64,000 nucleotides of DNA from Promethearchaeota archaeon (GCA_019057865.1 JAHLWP010000011.1:1-64000); one strand, 5' to 3'; positions 51,781 through 62,600 are shown, counted from the first letter of the stretch. Notes: generated by a model not told the origin, from the sequence alone. Made by a program: numbers and translations.

Positions 51781-52896
51781 ATGAGTAAAGAAAAGAAAAG
51801 CCCTTATGAAATTGATGAGACAATTTACCAGCGATTTGAAGAGAAAAACAATATGATTTATCGCCGTTTATGGGATAAATCTTTACCAACTTATGGTCAA
51901 ATGTTTTTTACTAATATTCAAAAGCATATTGATTCTAAAAAAGAAGGATATTCCCGTATTGATTTTAATCTTGTTAAATCAGGTTGGACAGTCTATGAAA
52001 AATTTCCATTTGCATTTGCGTGGGAAAGAAAGGATCATTATACAGGAGATTATGGGAAGAAATGGACAAAATCAAAATTTAAAGTTGAAAATCTTGAGGA
52101 TTTTACTGAAATAATAAAAAAGACTGCAAAATTTTATGGTGCATCATTGGTAGGAATTGTTGATATTGATGAGAGATGGATTTACAAAACAGGATTTATC
52201 AGACCAGAAAATAAAAGTGAAGAAGATTCTAAAGGGAAAGTAAGGGAGGGTGTACAAAGTGTTTCTATTCTTCAGCAGCCAATTAATTTGCCAGAGGGTA
52301 TAAATAAAGTTATTGTAATGGCAATTGAAATGGATAAAGATGCTATCTCTACGGCACCTGCTCAACCTGCAGCCGCAACTGCAGCTGTAGTTTACTCCAA
52401 AATGGCTTTTACAATAGCATGTGTAGGTGAATTTATAAGGAACTTAGGATATAGAGCAATACAATGTGGAAATGATACCGCGTTGAGTATACCCCTAGCT
52501 ATTGATGCAGGATTAGGTGCATTAGGGAGATTAGGTTTGTTAATAACCCCCGAGTTTGGTCCAAGAGTAAGAATTTGCAAAGTATTTACAGATTTACCAT
52601 TAAGAACGGATAAACCTAATCTTGAATTTATAAAAAAAGTTGAAAACTTTTGTAAGAATTGTTTTAAATGTGCTGAAGCATGCGAAACAGAAGCAATTAC
52701 TAAAGATAAAGAACCTAAATTTAAAAGTGAATCAATAAGTAACAATTCTGGCGTAAAAAAATATCATGTTAATGTGGAAAAATGCTTTGAATTTTGGATT
52801 GAAAATAGTAGTGACTGTGGGGCATGTATTGCAGTTTGCCCATTTTCAAAGATTATTAATTATCTAACTCCTAATGAGTTCTGGAAATTAGATTAA
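51781..52896 (+). CDS. rdhA: Reductive dehalogenase-family cobalamin/2x[4Fe-4S] protein (no Tat signal)
   Basis: A.FYGASLVGI, LGYRA, SIPLAIDAGLG.LGR.GLLITPEFGPRVR, FCKNCFKCAEAC, C..FW....DCGACIAVCP. Confidence 0.8.
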   Translation: MSKEKKSPYEIDETIYQRFEEKNNMIYRRLWDKSLPTYGQMFFTNIQKHIDSKKEGYSRIDFNLVKSGWTVYEKFPFAFAWERKDHYTGDYGKKWTKSKFKVENLEDFTEIIKKTAKFYGASLVGIVDIDERWIYKTGFIRPENKSEEDSKGKVREGVQSVSILQQPINLPEGINKVIVMAIEMDKDAISTAPAQPAAATAAVVYSKMAFTIACVGEFIRNLGYRAIQCGNDTALSIPLAIDAGLGALGRLGLLITPEFGPRVRICKVFTDLPLRTDKPNLEFIKKVENFCKNCFKCAEACETEAITKDKEPKFKSESISNNSGVKKYHVNVEKCFEFWIENSSDCGACIAVCPFSKIINYLTPNEFWKLD

Positions 52897-53002
52897 ATAG
52901 AATAATCAAAAATTTTATGAGCTATTTTTGATATATTTAACAAAACAGATAAAAGTTTCAATCCTTTATTATTAGATAATTTGATTATTTTATTTCTGAA
53001 AA

Positions 53003-54718
53003 ATGAATATTGTTGATAAAAAAACAATCGCAGAATTTTTAGGTGAATATGTAACCTATATCTCAGTAGAAGAACTTGAGAGTATAATTGAAATTCCTCC
53101 TCCTGAAATTAGTTATACATATGCATTTCCATGCTTCCAATTAGCTAAGTGGGAAAAAAAAGCTCCAAATATTATTGCAGAAAACTTACAGAAGAATTTA
53201 TCTTTAACAGATTACTTAGAAAGTATTGAAGCAATAGGTCCTTATCTCAACTTCAAAATTAAATCTTCAATAATTTTGCAGAATATTTATGAACTTGGGG
53301 GAGATTATGGTAGAATTTATGAAGAAGCAAAGAAAAAGAAATCTAAACCGTCAAAAATAGTAATAGAATACCCTGCTCCTAATACAAATAAACCTCTTCA
53401 TTTTGGTCATATTCGAAATATACTTTTAGGTCGTTCTATTTCAAATCTTTTGAGATATAAAGGGGATAACGTGTTTGAAGTTAATTTATATAATAATAGA
53501 GGGATTCATATCTGCAAATCTATGCTTGCATATAAGAAATGGGGTAAAAAAGAAGAACCAAATGTAAAAAGTGACCACTTTGTAGGAGACTATTACGTTA
53601 AATATGTTCAAACGGAAAAGAAAGATAAACAGTTAATAGATGACGTTTATGATTTGCTAAAATTATGGGAGAGTGGAGATAATGAGACCAGAGAGTTATG
53701 GACAAAAATGAATAAATGGGCGATTGATGGCTTTAAAGAAACCTTCAAAAAATTCAATATAAATTTCGATAAAGAGTATTTTGAATCGGAAATATATGAA
53801 AAAGGTAAAGAAATTGTTCTTTCGAACCTTGAGAAAGGTATCTTTGAAAAAACCGAAGACGGAGCTGTTTTTGCTAGTTTAAAGGAAAAATATAATTTAC
53901 CTAATAAAATTTTACTTAGAAGAGATGGAACTTCAGTCTATATTACGCAAGATATTTATCTAGCATTCCTTAAAAAACAAGATTTTGATTATGATAAGTC
54001 AATTTATGTTGTTGGAAATGAGCAGGATCTATATTTTAAACAACTTTTTGCTGTTTTAGATTTGATTGGATTTAAAGAAGATAAATATCATCTTTCTTAT
54101 GGAATGGTTTCTTTACCAGAAGGAAAAATGAAAAGTAGAGAAGGTATTGTTGTAGATGCAGACGAGATAGTAGAAAAAATGGAAATGCTTGCTTATGAAG
54201 AAGTCAATGAAAGATATCCTGAACTTTTAGAAGAAGAAAAAATAAAAAGAGCTAATGTTATAGGTATGGCAGCTTTAGTATTTTTCATTTTGAAATTTAA
54301 TCCAAAATCAGATTTCATATTTAATCCAAAAGAAAGTATATCATTTGAAGGGGAAACAGGACCATATATTCAATATTGTTATGCAAGAATAGAATCCATA
54401 ATCTCTAAATCAAAAGAGAGGATTAGCTCTAAGATTAATTGGGCTTTATTAAGCCATCATTTAGAGCAAAATTTAATTAAACAGTTAAGTTACTTCCCCG
54501 AGATTGTGGACACTACAGCTAAAAATTATAGTATACATTTAATACCTCAATATCTTCTAAACTTATGCCAAATTTTTAATTCTTTTTACAGTGTTTGTCC
54601 TGTTATCTCAGATAATAAAGAATTAGAGAAAGCGAGATTATTATTAATAAAATGTGTACAGATTGTAATAAAGATTGGATTAGATATTATGGGAATAGAA
54701 ATACTCAATAAAATGTAA
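53003..54718 (+). CDS. argS: Arginyl-tRNA synthetase
   Basis: PNTNKPLHFGH, KMKSREG, GETGPYIQY..AR. Confidence 0.95.
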   Translation: MNIVDKKTIAEFLGEYVTYISVEELESIIEIPPPEISYTYAFPCFQLAKWEKKAPNIIAENLQKNLSLTDYLESIEAIGPYLNFKIKSSIILQNIYELGGDYGRIYEEAKKKKSKPSKIVIEYPAPNTNKPLHFGHIRNILLGRSISNLLRYKGDNVFEVNLYNNRGIHICKSMLAYKKWGKKEEPNVKSDHFVGDYYVKYVQTEKKDKQLIDDVYDLLKLWESGDNETRELWTKMNKWAIDGFKETFKKFNINFDKEYFESEIYEKGKEIVLSNLEKGIFEKTEDGAVFASLKEKYNLPNKILLRRDGTSVYITQDIYLAFLKKQDFDYDKSIYVVGNEQDLYFKQLFAVLDLIGFKEDKYHLSYGMVSLPEGKMKSREGIVVDADEIVEKMEMLAYEEVNERYPELLEEEKIKRANVIGMAALVFFILKFNPKSDFIFNPKESISFEGETGPYIQYCYARIESIISKSKERISSKINWALLSHHLEQNLIKQLSYFPEIVDTTAKNYSIHLIPQYLLNLCQIFNSFYSVCPVISDNKELEKARLLLIKCVQIVIKIGLDIMGIEILNKM

Positions 54719-54745
54719 GATTTAAATTAATAAAAAAGATTTATT

Positions 54746-55657
54746 ATGAATTTTTTTGATTTCGGAGAATTGATAGATAAAGACACTGAATTTGTCATTT
54801 TTGGAATACCTTGGGATTACTTAACTTCAATAGAGGGCCCAAACTCTGCCATTGCTCCTCAAAAAATACGTGATGTTACTGAGAATTTAGCTCTTACATC
54901 TGAAATGGGCTTTAAGATTCCTAATTTAAAAGTTATTGATATTGGAGATGTTAATATCGAACCCAAAAACGTAGAGAGGAATCTCAAAGAAATTGAAAAT
55001 TTTGTCAAAAAGATATTTGAAGAGAAAAAAGAGATAGTCTCTGTAATGATTGGAGGAGATCATTTCTGTACTTACCCTGTAGTTAAAGTAATCGGGAATA
55101 ATTTTGATAATAAAGATAAATTTGGATTTTTAGTTTTTGATTCTCACTTAGATCTTTACGAAGAATGGGATAAAGGTGTTTACTCACATGCAACAATCTC
55201 CCATCGAATTTATGATATGGAATTTATTAATAATAAAAATTTATTAGTTGTGGGGACAAGAGATATTGATATTCCTGAGTTAGATATAGCAAATAAAGAA
55301 AAAATTGCATATTTAGATGCCTACAAATTAGCTGAAATTGGATTAAGTGAATATATTAATATAATAATTGATTTTTTTAATGGTTCTGATATCAATAACC
55401 TCTATGTATCCATTGATATTGATGCTTTAGACCCTTCTATTGCCCCTGGTACGGGTTTTGCTATCCCTGGAGGATTTTCTTACCGTGAGATATGGATTAT
55501 TTTAAGAGAATTAACTAAAAATTTTAATATTAGGGCATTTGACGTGGTTGAGGTTGCTCCAAATTTGGATAATGCTAATAATATGACTTGTAATTTAGCA
55601 GCTAAGTTAATTATAGAATTTATATCATTTATAGCTGAAAAAAATGGTAAGATTTAA
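54746..55657 (+). CDS. speB: Agmatinase (ureohydrolase)
   Basis: GGDH, DSHLD, SHAT, SIDIDALDPSIAPGTG, DVVEVAP. Confidence 0.88.
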   Translation: MNFFDFGELIDKDTEFVIFGIPWDYLTSIEGPNSAIAPQKIRDVTENLALTSEMGFKIPNLKVIDIGDVNIEPKNVERNLKEIENFVKKIFEEKKEIVSVMIGGDHFCTYPVVKVIGNNFDNKDKFGFLVFDSHLDLYEEWDKGVYSHATISHRIYDMEFINNKNLLVVGTRDIDIPELDIANKEKIAYLDAYKLAEIGLSEYINIIIDFFNGSDINNLYVSIDIDALDPSIAPGTGFAIPGGFSYREIWIILRELTKNFNIRAFDVVEVAPNLDNANNMTCNLAAKLIIEFISFIAEKNGKI

Positions 55658-55660
55658 ATA

Positions 55661-56608
55661 ATGGATAACAATTTTAAAGAAAAGTTGAAGAAAGTAAACC
55701 AATTTAAAGTAACAGACGAAATAGACATAATCAGCCTTATTCATTCTTTAAAAGAGACTGGTTTTAATGCTAAAAGATTAGCTTTAGCTTGTCACATCTA
55801 TAAAGATATGATTAACGATAAAGAATGTACGAAATTTTTTGGCTTGGCTGGTGCTATGGTTCCTGCTGGAATGCAAGGAATTATTCATGATTTTGTTAAA
55901 GAGGGATTTATTGATGTGTTAGTTTCTACTGGAGCAAATTTAACGCATGATCTTGCTGAGTGCTTAGGTTTTCATCATTTACAAGGTGAAATTAATCCTA
56001 ATAATATTGACGATGCTAACTTACTTAGCGAAGAGATGAATAGAATTTATGATGTTTTTTTGCCAAATAAAGTCTATGAGGGAATAGAGGATTTTATATC
56101 TCAGCTGAAAATCCCAGACAATACCATGTCAGTAAGCTCATTTTTAAAATTTTTAGGAGAGCATTTACCTAAAAGTTCAAATTCAATTTTAAGAATCTGC
56201 GCAGATAAGAATGTCAAGGTCTTTTGCCCTGCTTTTACTGACTCTGGATTAGCGATGCAGTTAGGTTTTCATCATAAAAATTTAAATTTAAACCACTTCA
56301 AAGATATGCTCGAAATGGTTGATATTGCATGGGATGCTAAAAAAGCCGGAGTTTGCATAGTTGGAGGGGGAGTTCCTAAAAATTTTATAATGCAATCATT
56401 ACAATTTTGCCCAAATTCGGCTAGCTATGCAATTCAAATAACTATGGATAGACCAGAACCAGGTGGATTAAGTGGTGCTACATTAAGAGAAGCAATATCT
56501 TGGGGGAAAGTTAATAAAAAGGCAAAATATACAACACTTATATCAGATGCCACAATTGCTTTACCACTAATATTTTGGTTTTTGAAAAAATCAAAAAATA
56601 ACAAGTAA
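55661..56608 (+). CDS. dys: Deoxyhypusine synthase
   Basis: TGANLTHD, GGGVPKNF, GGLSGATLREAISWGK, DATI. Confidence 0.92.
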   Translation: MDNNFKEKLKKVNQFKVTDEIDIISLIHSLKETGFNAKRLALACHIYKDMINDKECTKFFGLAGAMVPAGMQGIIHDFVKEGFIDVLVSTGANLTHDLAECLGFHHLQGEINPNNIDDANLLSEEMNRIYDVFLPNKVYEGIEDFISQLKIPDNTMSVSSFLKFLGEHLPKSSNSILRICADKNVKVFCPAFTDSGLAMQLGFHHKNLNLNHFKDMLEMVDIAWDAKKAGVCIVGGGVPKNFIMQSLQFCPNSASYAIQITMDRPEPGGLSGATLREAISWGKVNKKAKYTTLISDATIALPLIFWFLKKSKNNK

Positions 56609-56641
56609 TTATTTAAATTGTCTTAATTATAGAAATCTTTA

Positions 56642-57103
56642 TTATAATATCCCTTTTAATTTTTGATCAATAGTTTTTGTATCAGTTCCAAAAATTTTAT
56701 CAAGATTTTGCTTAAAATTCCTAAATTGAGAAACTTCTGATAAATTCTTACCAGTATTAAGCGATTTAAATTCTTTTAAGATTTTATGTAATGATGGTTG
56801 AACTATTTTATGAATATACTTGTCAATCTTCTTCTCTTTATCTAATATGGCGTAAGAAATCAGAAGTTCAGGTTCATTACTATTATCAGATAAGATTTTA
56901 TCCCCAATAAAAGCGATAATAAATTTTTTTCCTTCAAAATATTCAACTAAACCCTGTGAAAAGGCACTTTCTGCAAAATTTAGGAAAGCAGTTAATAATC
57001 CACTTCTTAAATCTACATCGATTTTTCCAAGACTAGTTTTATGATAACTTTTCTTTACTACAGTAAATCCTCTAAACAATAATCCCGCTTCCCGGATAAC
57101 CAT
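56642..57103 (-). CDS. Longin-like domain protein
   Basis: IREAGLLFRG...DLRSGLLTAFLNFAE...F, an Asgard longin-like pattern. Confidence 0.55.
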   Translation of the reverse strand: MVIREAGLLFRGFTVVKKSYHKTSLGKIDVDLRSGLLTAFLNFAESAFSQGLVEYFEGKKFIIAFIGDKILSDNSNEPELLISYAILDKEKKIDKYIHKIVQPSLHKILKEFKSLNTGKNLSEVSQFRNFKQNLDKIFGTDTKTIDQKLKGIL

Positions 57104-57347
57104 ATTGAGATTTAAATCTATTGATTTTTTTAACTAATTGAAGAATTTCCAAAAAGTAATTTATTTAATAATTTAAATATAACAATCCAATTTAATAAAA
57201 TCTTTCCTCATTAAAAAGAATTAAAGATTCATTATGTTTACCTACTAAAAAATATATAATCTTATAAATTAATCTATTTCCAGTCAATTCCAATTTTTAA
57301 GAGGTTAAACAACAAGAATTTTTATATTTAGTATATTTCTTAAAACT

Positions 57348-58535
57348 ATGATTACCAAAGATAAAGTTAAATTATGCGCTGAAAATATTGCCCGAAGTAT
57401 AAGTATAAAAAAAGAAGGCGAATTCGTTTTTATAAGAGGAGGTGCTTATTCTCAAGAATTAATAGAAGAGATAGGATTAAGCATTTTAAGAAAAGGAGGA
57501 ATTCCTCATATCTCATATACATCGGATTACTATACAGAAACTATTTTTCAAGATGATCAAATTAAGGTTAAGACATTAGAAAAAACTCCTCAACATTATT
57601 TAAAAATGATTGAGAATATAGATGCATATATTGTAATTGAACCCCTCGAAGATCCTTCAATTACCACCAAAGCACCAAGAGAAAAAGTAGATGCTGTTGC
57701 TAAAGCTAGAGCTCCTATTAGAGAAATTCTTTATGGTTTTAAGGAAGAATATGCACCTGGCAAAAAATGGTGTTATGCTGCCTGGCCCTCAAAAAAAGCA
57801 GCAGAATTCTATAATATAGATTATGACTTTTATGAAAGGTTTATTGTTGGAGGAATGAGTGTTCCTTATAATGAGATGAATAAAATTACAAAAAATCTAG
57901 GAAGATTCTTCGATAAAGCTAAAAAAGTGTATGTTAATGATGAATTTGGGACTGATTTTTGGGTTTCAATAGAAAATAGAAAAAAAATTCTTGATGATGG
58001 AATCATTTCAGATGAACAAATTGAATCAGGAGATTTAGGGGGTAATTTACCGGCTGGAGAAGTTTTTTTCCCACCTAACGAAAAACAAGGTGAGGGCAAA
58101 CTCTTTTGTCCTTTAACTAAAGATAGATTCACAGATAAAATCATAAGAAATGTTGATTTAGGTTTTAAAGAAGGAAAATTATTAATAGATAAAACAACTG
58201 CCGATACCAACTTAGAAGATTTAATTGCTTCTTTTAAAAAATGTGAAGAAATGGATAAAGAGAATAAAGTACCTGAACTTAGAACTTATAATGTTGCTGA
58301 ACTTGGAATTGGGTGTAATCCGGAAATTACGAGAGCAATTGGATATATCCTTACTGATGAAAAGATTATTGGGAGTGTACATTTAGCATTTGGATTTAAT
58401 AAAAGTTTTGGGGGAACTTCCGCATCCCAGATGCACTGGGACTTTGTAACTGCTCCTAAAGCTAATATTACTGTTGAATATCTAGACGGGTCCAAAAAAT
58501 TAATAATGGACAATGGTAAATTAATTGATAATTAA
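57348..58535 (+). CDS. M29 (thermophilic) aminopeptidase
   Basis: NLPAGEVF, AELGIG.N, DEKI.G.VHLAFG, HWDFV. Confidence 0.9.
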   Translation: MITKDKVKLCAENIARSISIKKEGEFVFIRGGAYSQELIEEIGLSILRKGGIPHISYTSDYYTETIFQDDQIKVKTLEKTPQHYLKMIENIDAYIVIEPLEDPSITTKAPREKVDAVAKARAPIREILYGFKEEYAPGKKWCYAAWPSKKAAEFYNIDYDFYERFIVGGMSVPYNEMNKITKNLGRFFDKAKKVYVNDEFGTDFWVSIENRKKILDDGIISDEQIESGDLGGNLPAGEVFFPPNEKQGEGKLFCPLTKDRFTDKIIRNVDLGFKEGKLLIDKTTADTNLEDLIASFKKCEEMDKENKVPELRTYNVAELGIGCNPEITRAIGYILTDEKIIGSVHLAFGFNKSFGGTSASQMHWDFVTAPKANITVEYLDGSKKLIMDNGKLIDN

Positions 58536-58551
58536 GTGTATTAGTGAAAAG

Positions 58552-59025
58552 CTAAATTAATTTTTCAATATATTGGAGTACTTTTTCTAATACCTTCTTT
58601 TTAAATGTAATTCGATCTGTCTTGAAATTGTATTTCTCCACAATAGTTTCTTTTTCATTTGAAAACCCAATAAAAACCAGCCCTACTGGCTTTTCTGGTG
58701 TCCCACCAGTCGGACCTGCTATACCACTAATACCAATACCTATGTCTACATTTGATTGTATTCTAATATTATTGGCTAACTGTCTTACAATTTCTTCAGA
58801 GACAGCACCATTTTCTTCAATTGCTTTAGGATCTACATTTAATAAATCTATTTTTGCCTGATTGTTATAGCATACAATACCTCTTTCAAATACATTCGAA
58901 GCTCCCGAAACATTGGTAAACATATTCGAAATATAACCTCCCGTGCATGATTCTGCGACAGCTATTCTAATATTTTCTTTAGTAAAATTTTTAATTATCT
59001 TCTCGATTCTGTTTAAAAGAGCCAA
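58552..59025 (-). CDS. CinA C-terminal domain protein / NMN deamidase (PncC-like)
   Basis: AESCTGG, SGAS, GAVS, SGIAGPTGG.PEKPVGLV. Confidence 0.9.
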   Translation of the reverse strand: MALLNRIEKIIKNFTKENIRIAVAESCTGGYISNMFTNVSGASNVFERGIVCYNNQAKIDLLNVDPKAIEENGAVSEEIVRQLANNIRIQSNVDIGIGISGIAGPTGGTPEKPVGLVFIGFSNEKETIVEKYNFKTDRITFKKKVLEKVLQYIEKLI

Positions 59026-59034
59026 ATTACATCA

Positions 59035-59499
59035 TCACCTTTGTATCTCAAATTTTTTGCCACATGACTTGCAATATTGTCCTTTTTTACTCATAGGAGT
59101 ACCACAATAAAGACAAAACACTTTTGTAGCAGGTTTTTTAACAGGGGCTAGGGATTTAAATATTTCTGGTTCTTTTTCCCCAAAAGGTTGATATTGCAAA
59201 TTTTTTTCAACAACTTTCTGAAAACATCTAGGACAATTCTGCTTTTTCTTAATACCATAATAGAACACATAGGGATTGAGTGCCATAAAAAACCACATAT
59301 AATATAAAAAGAGAATAATCCCTGAAAAAATAAAAGAAGTTATAACGGTAATAGTTATTAAAGTCATTAATATAATAACTGCAAAAATACCAAATAATTT
59401 AATATTAAATTTTGGTCTTGATGGAAAAACATTCATTTTGCAGCTTTCACAGAACTTCATTTCGTTTATATCTTGACTCATATCTCTCCATGTAAACAT
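59035..59499 (-). CDS. LITAF-like Zn/membrane domain + zinc-ribbon protein
   Basis: FCESC-hydrophobic hairpin-CPRC, then FCLYCG..YCKSCG. Confidence 0.7.
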   Translation of the reverse strand: MFTWRDMSQDINEMKFCESCKMNVFPSRPKFNIKLFGIFAVIILMTLITITVITSFIFSGIILFLYYMWFFMALNPYVFYYGIKKKQNCPRCFQKVVEKNLQYQPFGEKEPEIFKSLAPVKKPATKVFCLYCGTPMSKKGQYCKSCGKKFEIQR

Positions 59500-59647
59500 T
59501 TAAAACAATTTGCTATTATTATTAAAAATACCATAAATATAAATTAATAACAAATAAAAATAAATAATTAAATAATATCTTATACTTTTGAAATTTTAAA
59601 GCAATAGTATTATTATTCGGAAAAAAAAATTTTACAGAGTGATTTAA

Positions 59648-60187
59648 ATGAGAAATAATGAAGACAAGAAAGGATTTGTGTTTAAGATTACAGTTATTGG
59701 AGATGGAGCAGTAGGAAAAACCTCATTAATCAAAAAATACACTCAAGGGAGTTTTCAAAAAGACTACATTAAAACCTTAGGAGCACAATTTTCAAAATAC
59801 GATGAGGAAATTGAAGGAGATAATTGTAAATTATTTTTCTGGGATATTGCTGGCCAGGATGAATTCAATTTCATGCGTCCTACCTTCTATAAAGGAAGTA
59901 AAGCAGCAATTATAGTATTTTCACACACTGATGATGATAGTTTTGAACATATCTCCCAATGGCATGATGATATTATAAAATATTGCGGTGATCTCCCAAT
60001 AGTTTTATTCGGAAACAAAATTGATTTAATCAATAAAGAGGATTTAGATGATGGGAAGGCTAAAGAAATTGTAAAAGAAAGAAATTTTCTTAAATATTAT
60101 AGAACAAGCGCTAAAACAGGAAGTGGTGTATACAAAGCATTTCAGGCAATAATTAAAGAATTATATTATAGATATAAAGAAGACTAA
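59648..60187 (+). CDS. Rab-like small GTPase
   Basis: GDGAVGKTS, WDIAGQ, NKID, TSAK. Confidence 0.93.
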   Translation: MRNNEDKKGFVFKITVIGDGAVGKTSLIKKYTQGSFQKDYIKTLGAQFSKYDEEIEGDNCKLFFWDIAGQDEFNFMRPTFYKGSKAAIIVFSHTDDDSFEHISQWHDDIIKYCGDLPIVLFGNKIDLINKEDLDDGKAKEIVKERNFLKYYRTSAKTGSGVYKAFQAIIKELYYRYKED

Positions 60188-60191
60188 TAAA

Positions 60192-60491
60192 ATGCATGAA
60201 GATTTCGAGCAAGATTATCCTAAGATAATATTTTTTTCTTCGAATCATTGCGCTCCTTGTAAGCCAGTTGAAGAAATGCTGAAAAAAATAAATATTTCAT
60301 TGTTTGGAAAAAAATTAAAAATAGAAAAAATTTTGATTGATCTTGAAGAAAACCGAGGATTTACTCGAGAATATCGAATCACCTCTGTGCCAACATTAGT
60401 TATAGCTGAAAAAAAATTAGCAGTAAACATTCAAGAAGAAGATATAATTGACGCAATTTTATATGCGTTTATAGCATCTGTAAAAATATAA
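60192..60491 (+). CDS. Thioredoxin-fold protein
   Basis: FSSNHCAPC, ITSVPTL. Confidence 0.85.
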   Translation: MHEDFEQDYPKIIFFSSNHCAPCKPVEEMLKKINISLFGKKLKIEKILIDLEENRGFTREYRITSVPTLVIAEKKLAVNIQEEDIIDAILYAFIASVKI

Positions 60492-60554
60492 TTTTAAATA
60501 AAAAATACTAAAAAGATATGAATAAAAAAAAGAATAAATTTTAAGTGAATTTGT

Positions 60555-61034
60555 ATGGATCGACCATTACTATCTAAAATTTTGGCTCAAATGAAAAAGA
60601 ATTTAAAAGAAGGAAAATCAATAGGAGATATGAAGGTTGGTGCTTTATTAGCTTTAGGACACCAACTAGAAGCGATTTTTTATTATTTAGGACACGAGTT
60701 AGGGACAATTCTAAAAGTCAAACAAATTGCTGATGTAAATAAAATACCTGATGAATTAAAAAAGACGATCTCTGAATATAATCTAGGAGATATTGAAATT
60801 ACGGATAGTTCAGATGAAGTAGTACAATTAAAGTTGAAAGGGCATTCATCCATCAAGGATTTAATTAATAAAGGAATCAAAACAACTGGTAGTTTTTGTT
60901 CATTCGAAGCGGGATTGCTAGCTGGAGTTGTAGAAAAAATAAGCGATCATCATTGCTTTGCCCAGGAATTAGAATGTAGTTTGCAATCAGATAAGGGATA
61001 CTGTGAATTTATGATAGTTTTTCAAAAAGAATAA
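60555..61034 (+). CDS. V4R (4-vinyl reductase / Bet3-like) domain protein
   Basis: YYLG.ELG, YNLG, FCSFEAGLLAG, ELEC...YCEF. Confidence 0.85.
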   Translation: MDRPLLSKILAQMKKNLKEGKSIGDMKVGALLALGHQLEAIFYYLGHELGTILKVKQIADVNKIPDELKKTISEYNLGDIEITDSSDEVVQLKLKGHSSIKDLINKGIKTTGSFCSFEAGLLAGVVEKISDHHCFAQELECSLQSDKGYCEFMIVFQKE

Positions 61035-61137
61035 GTTCAATTTATTCGAATATTTAACAAGAAACTTGAGTCGAAAATTATTAATAAGTATAAACTATAT
61101 TGTGAATATAAAATAAAACTGTAAGTTTTGATCAACA

Positions 61138-61665
61138 ATGAGCGACCCAAAATATATAATAAAAATAGTTCTTCTTGGAGACGCTAATGTAGGTAAAACT
61201 TCGTTACTTTACATGTGGATCGAAAATAAATTTAGAGAAAATTACAAATCAACCTTAGGAGTTAATCTTCTAAAAAAAGATTTGAATATAACTGGATATG
61301 GTGAGGTTTCTGCTCAAATTTGGGATTTAGGAGGTCAAGAATCTTTTAAATCTCTCAGAAGATTATACCTAGAGGGAGCTAATGGAGCTTTATTATTATA
61401 TGATATGACAAATAAAGAATCATATGAAAAACTTGATGAATGGATACAAAGCTTTAAAGAAGATCGAGAAAATGAACCTATCATTTTAATTGGGAATAAA
61501 TCAGATTTAAAAGATAAAATTAAAATTACTGATAAAGACATTAATGAATTCGCAAAAAGAAATAAAGTGGATATAATTATTACATCAGCTAAAACAGGGA
61601 AAAATGTGGAAAAATCATTTATTGAATTGACTACAAAAATCTTAAAGAAAATTTCAAAAGAATAA
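61138..61665 (+). CDS. Rab-like small GTPase
   Basis: GDANVGKTS, TLGV, QIWDLGGQ, NKSD, TSAK. Confidence 0.93.
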   Translation: MSDPKYIIKIVLLGDANVGKTSLLYMWIENKFRENYKSTLGVNLLKKDLNITGYGEVSAQIWDLGGQESFKSLRRLYLEGANGALLLYDMTNKESYEKLDEWIQSFKEDRENEPIILIGNKSDLKDKIKITDKDINEFAKRNKVDIIITSAKTGKNVEKSFIELTTKILKKISKE

Positions 61666-61907
61666 AAGTCTAAGAATATAACCAAACTAAATTATTTACA
61701 TCTTTAATTTTTACAAGGATATTTCAAAGTGAAAATGTAAATATCAAAATTTGGTGATTTTAGCACATATCTTTTTTAAATCAACTATGTCTTTTTAAAT
61801 AAATTTAAATAAAAACCTTTATTTAAATAAAATTATAAAAAATACCATGAAAGAAAGAATATATTTTTTTATTAAATTTCAAATCACAATTATCTTTCCT
61901 AATTATT

Positions 61908-62600
61908 ATGTCAGAAGAAAATAAAGAATTTGATAAGGATTCTGAAGAAGAATCCAAAGAGGAAATTGAAGAGGAAGAGGAGGAATTCGAAGGGGATTAT
62001 GATTATGAATCTAATTTAGATTATAAAATAGAGAATGTTGTAGCAACAGTAGTTGTTGAAATTACAGAAAAAATTGATCTAAATCAGATTGCACGGCGCC
62101 ATGCAGAGGTTGAATATAATCCAGAACGGTTTCCTGGTCTTGTAATGCGGATTGAAAAACCACGTGCGACTATTTTAATATTTTCTACTGGAAAAATGGT
62201 TGTAACGGGACTTAGAAAAGCATCTGAAGCTGAACGAGTCGTTGATAAAGTTGTAAAAAACATAAGAAAAGCAGGAATTAGAGTAGCTAATCCAGAAATA
62301 ACGATTCAAAACATTGTGGCTTCAGGTGATCTACATACAAATATAGATCTCAATATGGCCGCTATTGTAATGGAATACGCAATGTATGAACCAGAGGTAT
62401 TTCCTGGGTTAATTTATCGTATGCAGGAGCCAAAAACTGTTTTCCTAATCTTTTCAACTGGTAGAATTGTTTGTACAGGAGCAAAAAGAAAAGAGATTGT
62501 TAGAGAAGCAGTTTTAAAATTAAATCAACAAGTTCGAGATTTAGGTGTTGCTAAAAAAGATATAGGAGACTCAGAATATCAAGATATAACTTTCATCTAA
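61908..62600 (+). CDS. tbp: TATA-box binding protein with acidic N-terminal extension
   Basis: IENVVAT, EYNPERFPGL, IFSTGK, and the second repeat YEPEVFPGL. Confidence 0.97.
   Translation: MSEENKEFDKDSEEESKEEIEEEEEEFEGDYDYESNLDYKIENVVATVVVEITEKIDLNQIARRHAEVEYNPERFPGLVMRIEKPRATILIFSTGKMVVTGLRKASEAERVVDKVVKNIRKAGIRVANPEITIQNIVASGDLHTNIDLNMAAIVMEYAMYEPEVFPGLIYRMQEPKTVFLIFSTGRIVCTGAKRKEIVREAVLKLNQQVRDLGVAKKDIGDSEYQDITFI

Noticed and set aside
1425-61685. Numerous short antisense or alternative-frame ORFs in the track (e.g. 1425, 7944, 24645, 36259, 48392, 57866, 61335)
   Set aside because: They lie within well-supported genes and show no motifs; treated as shadow ORFs.
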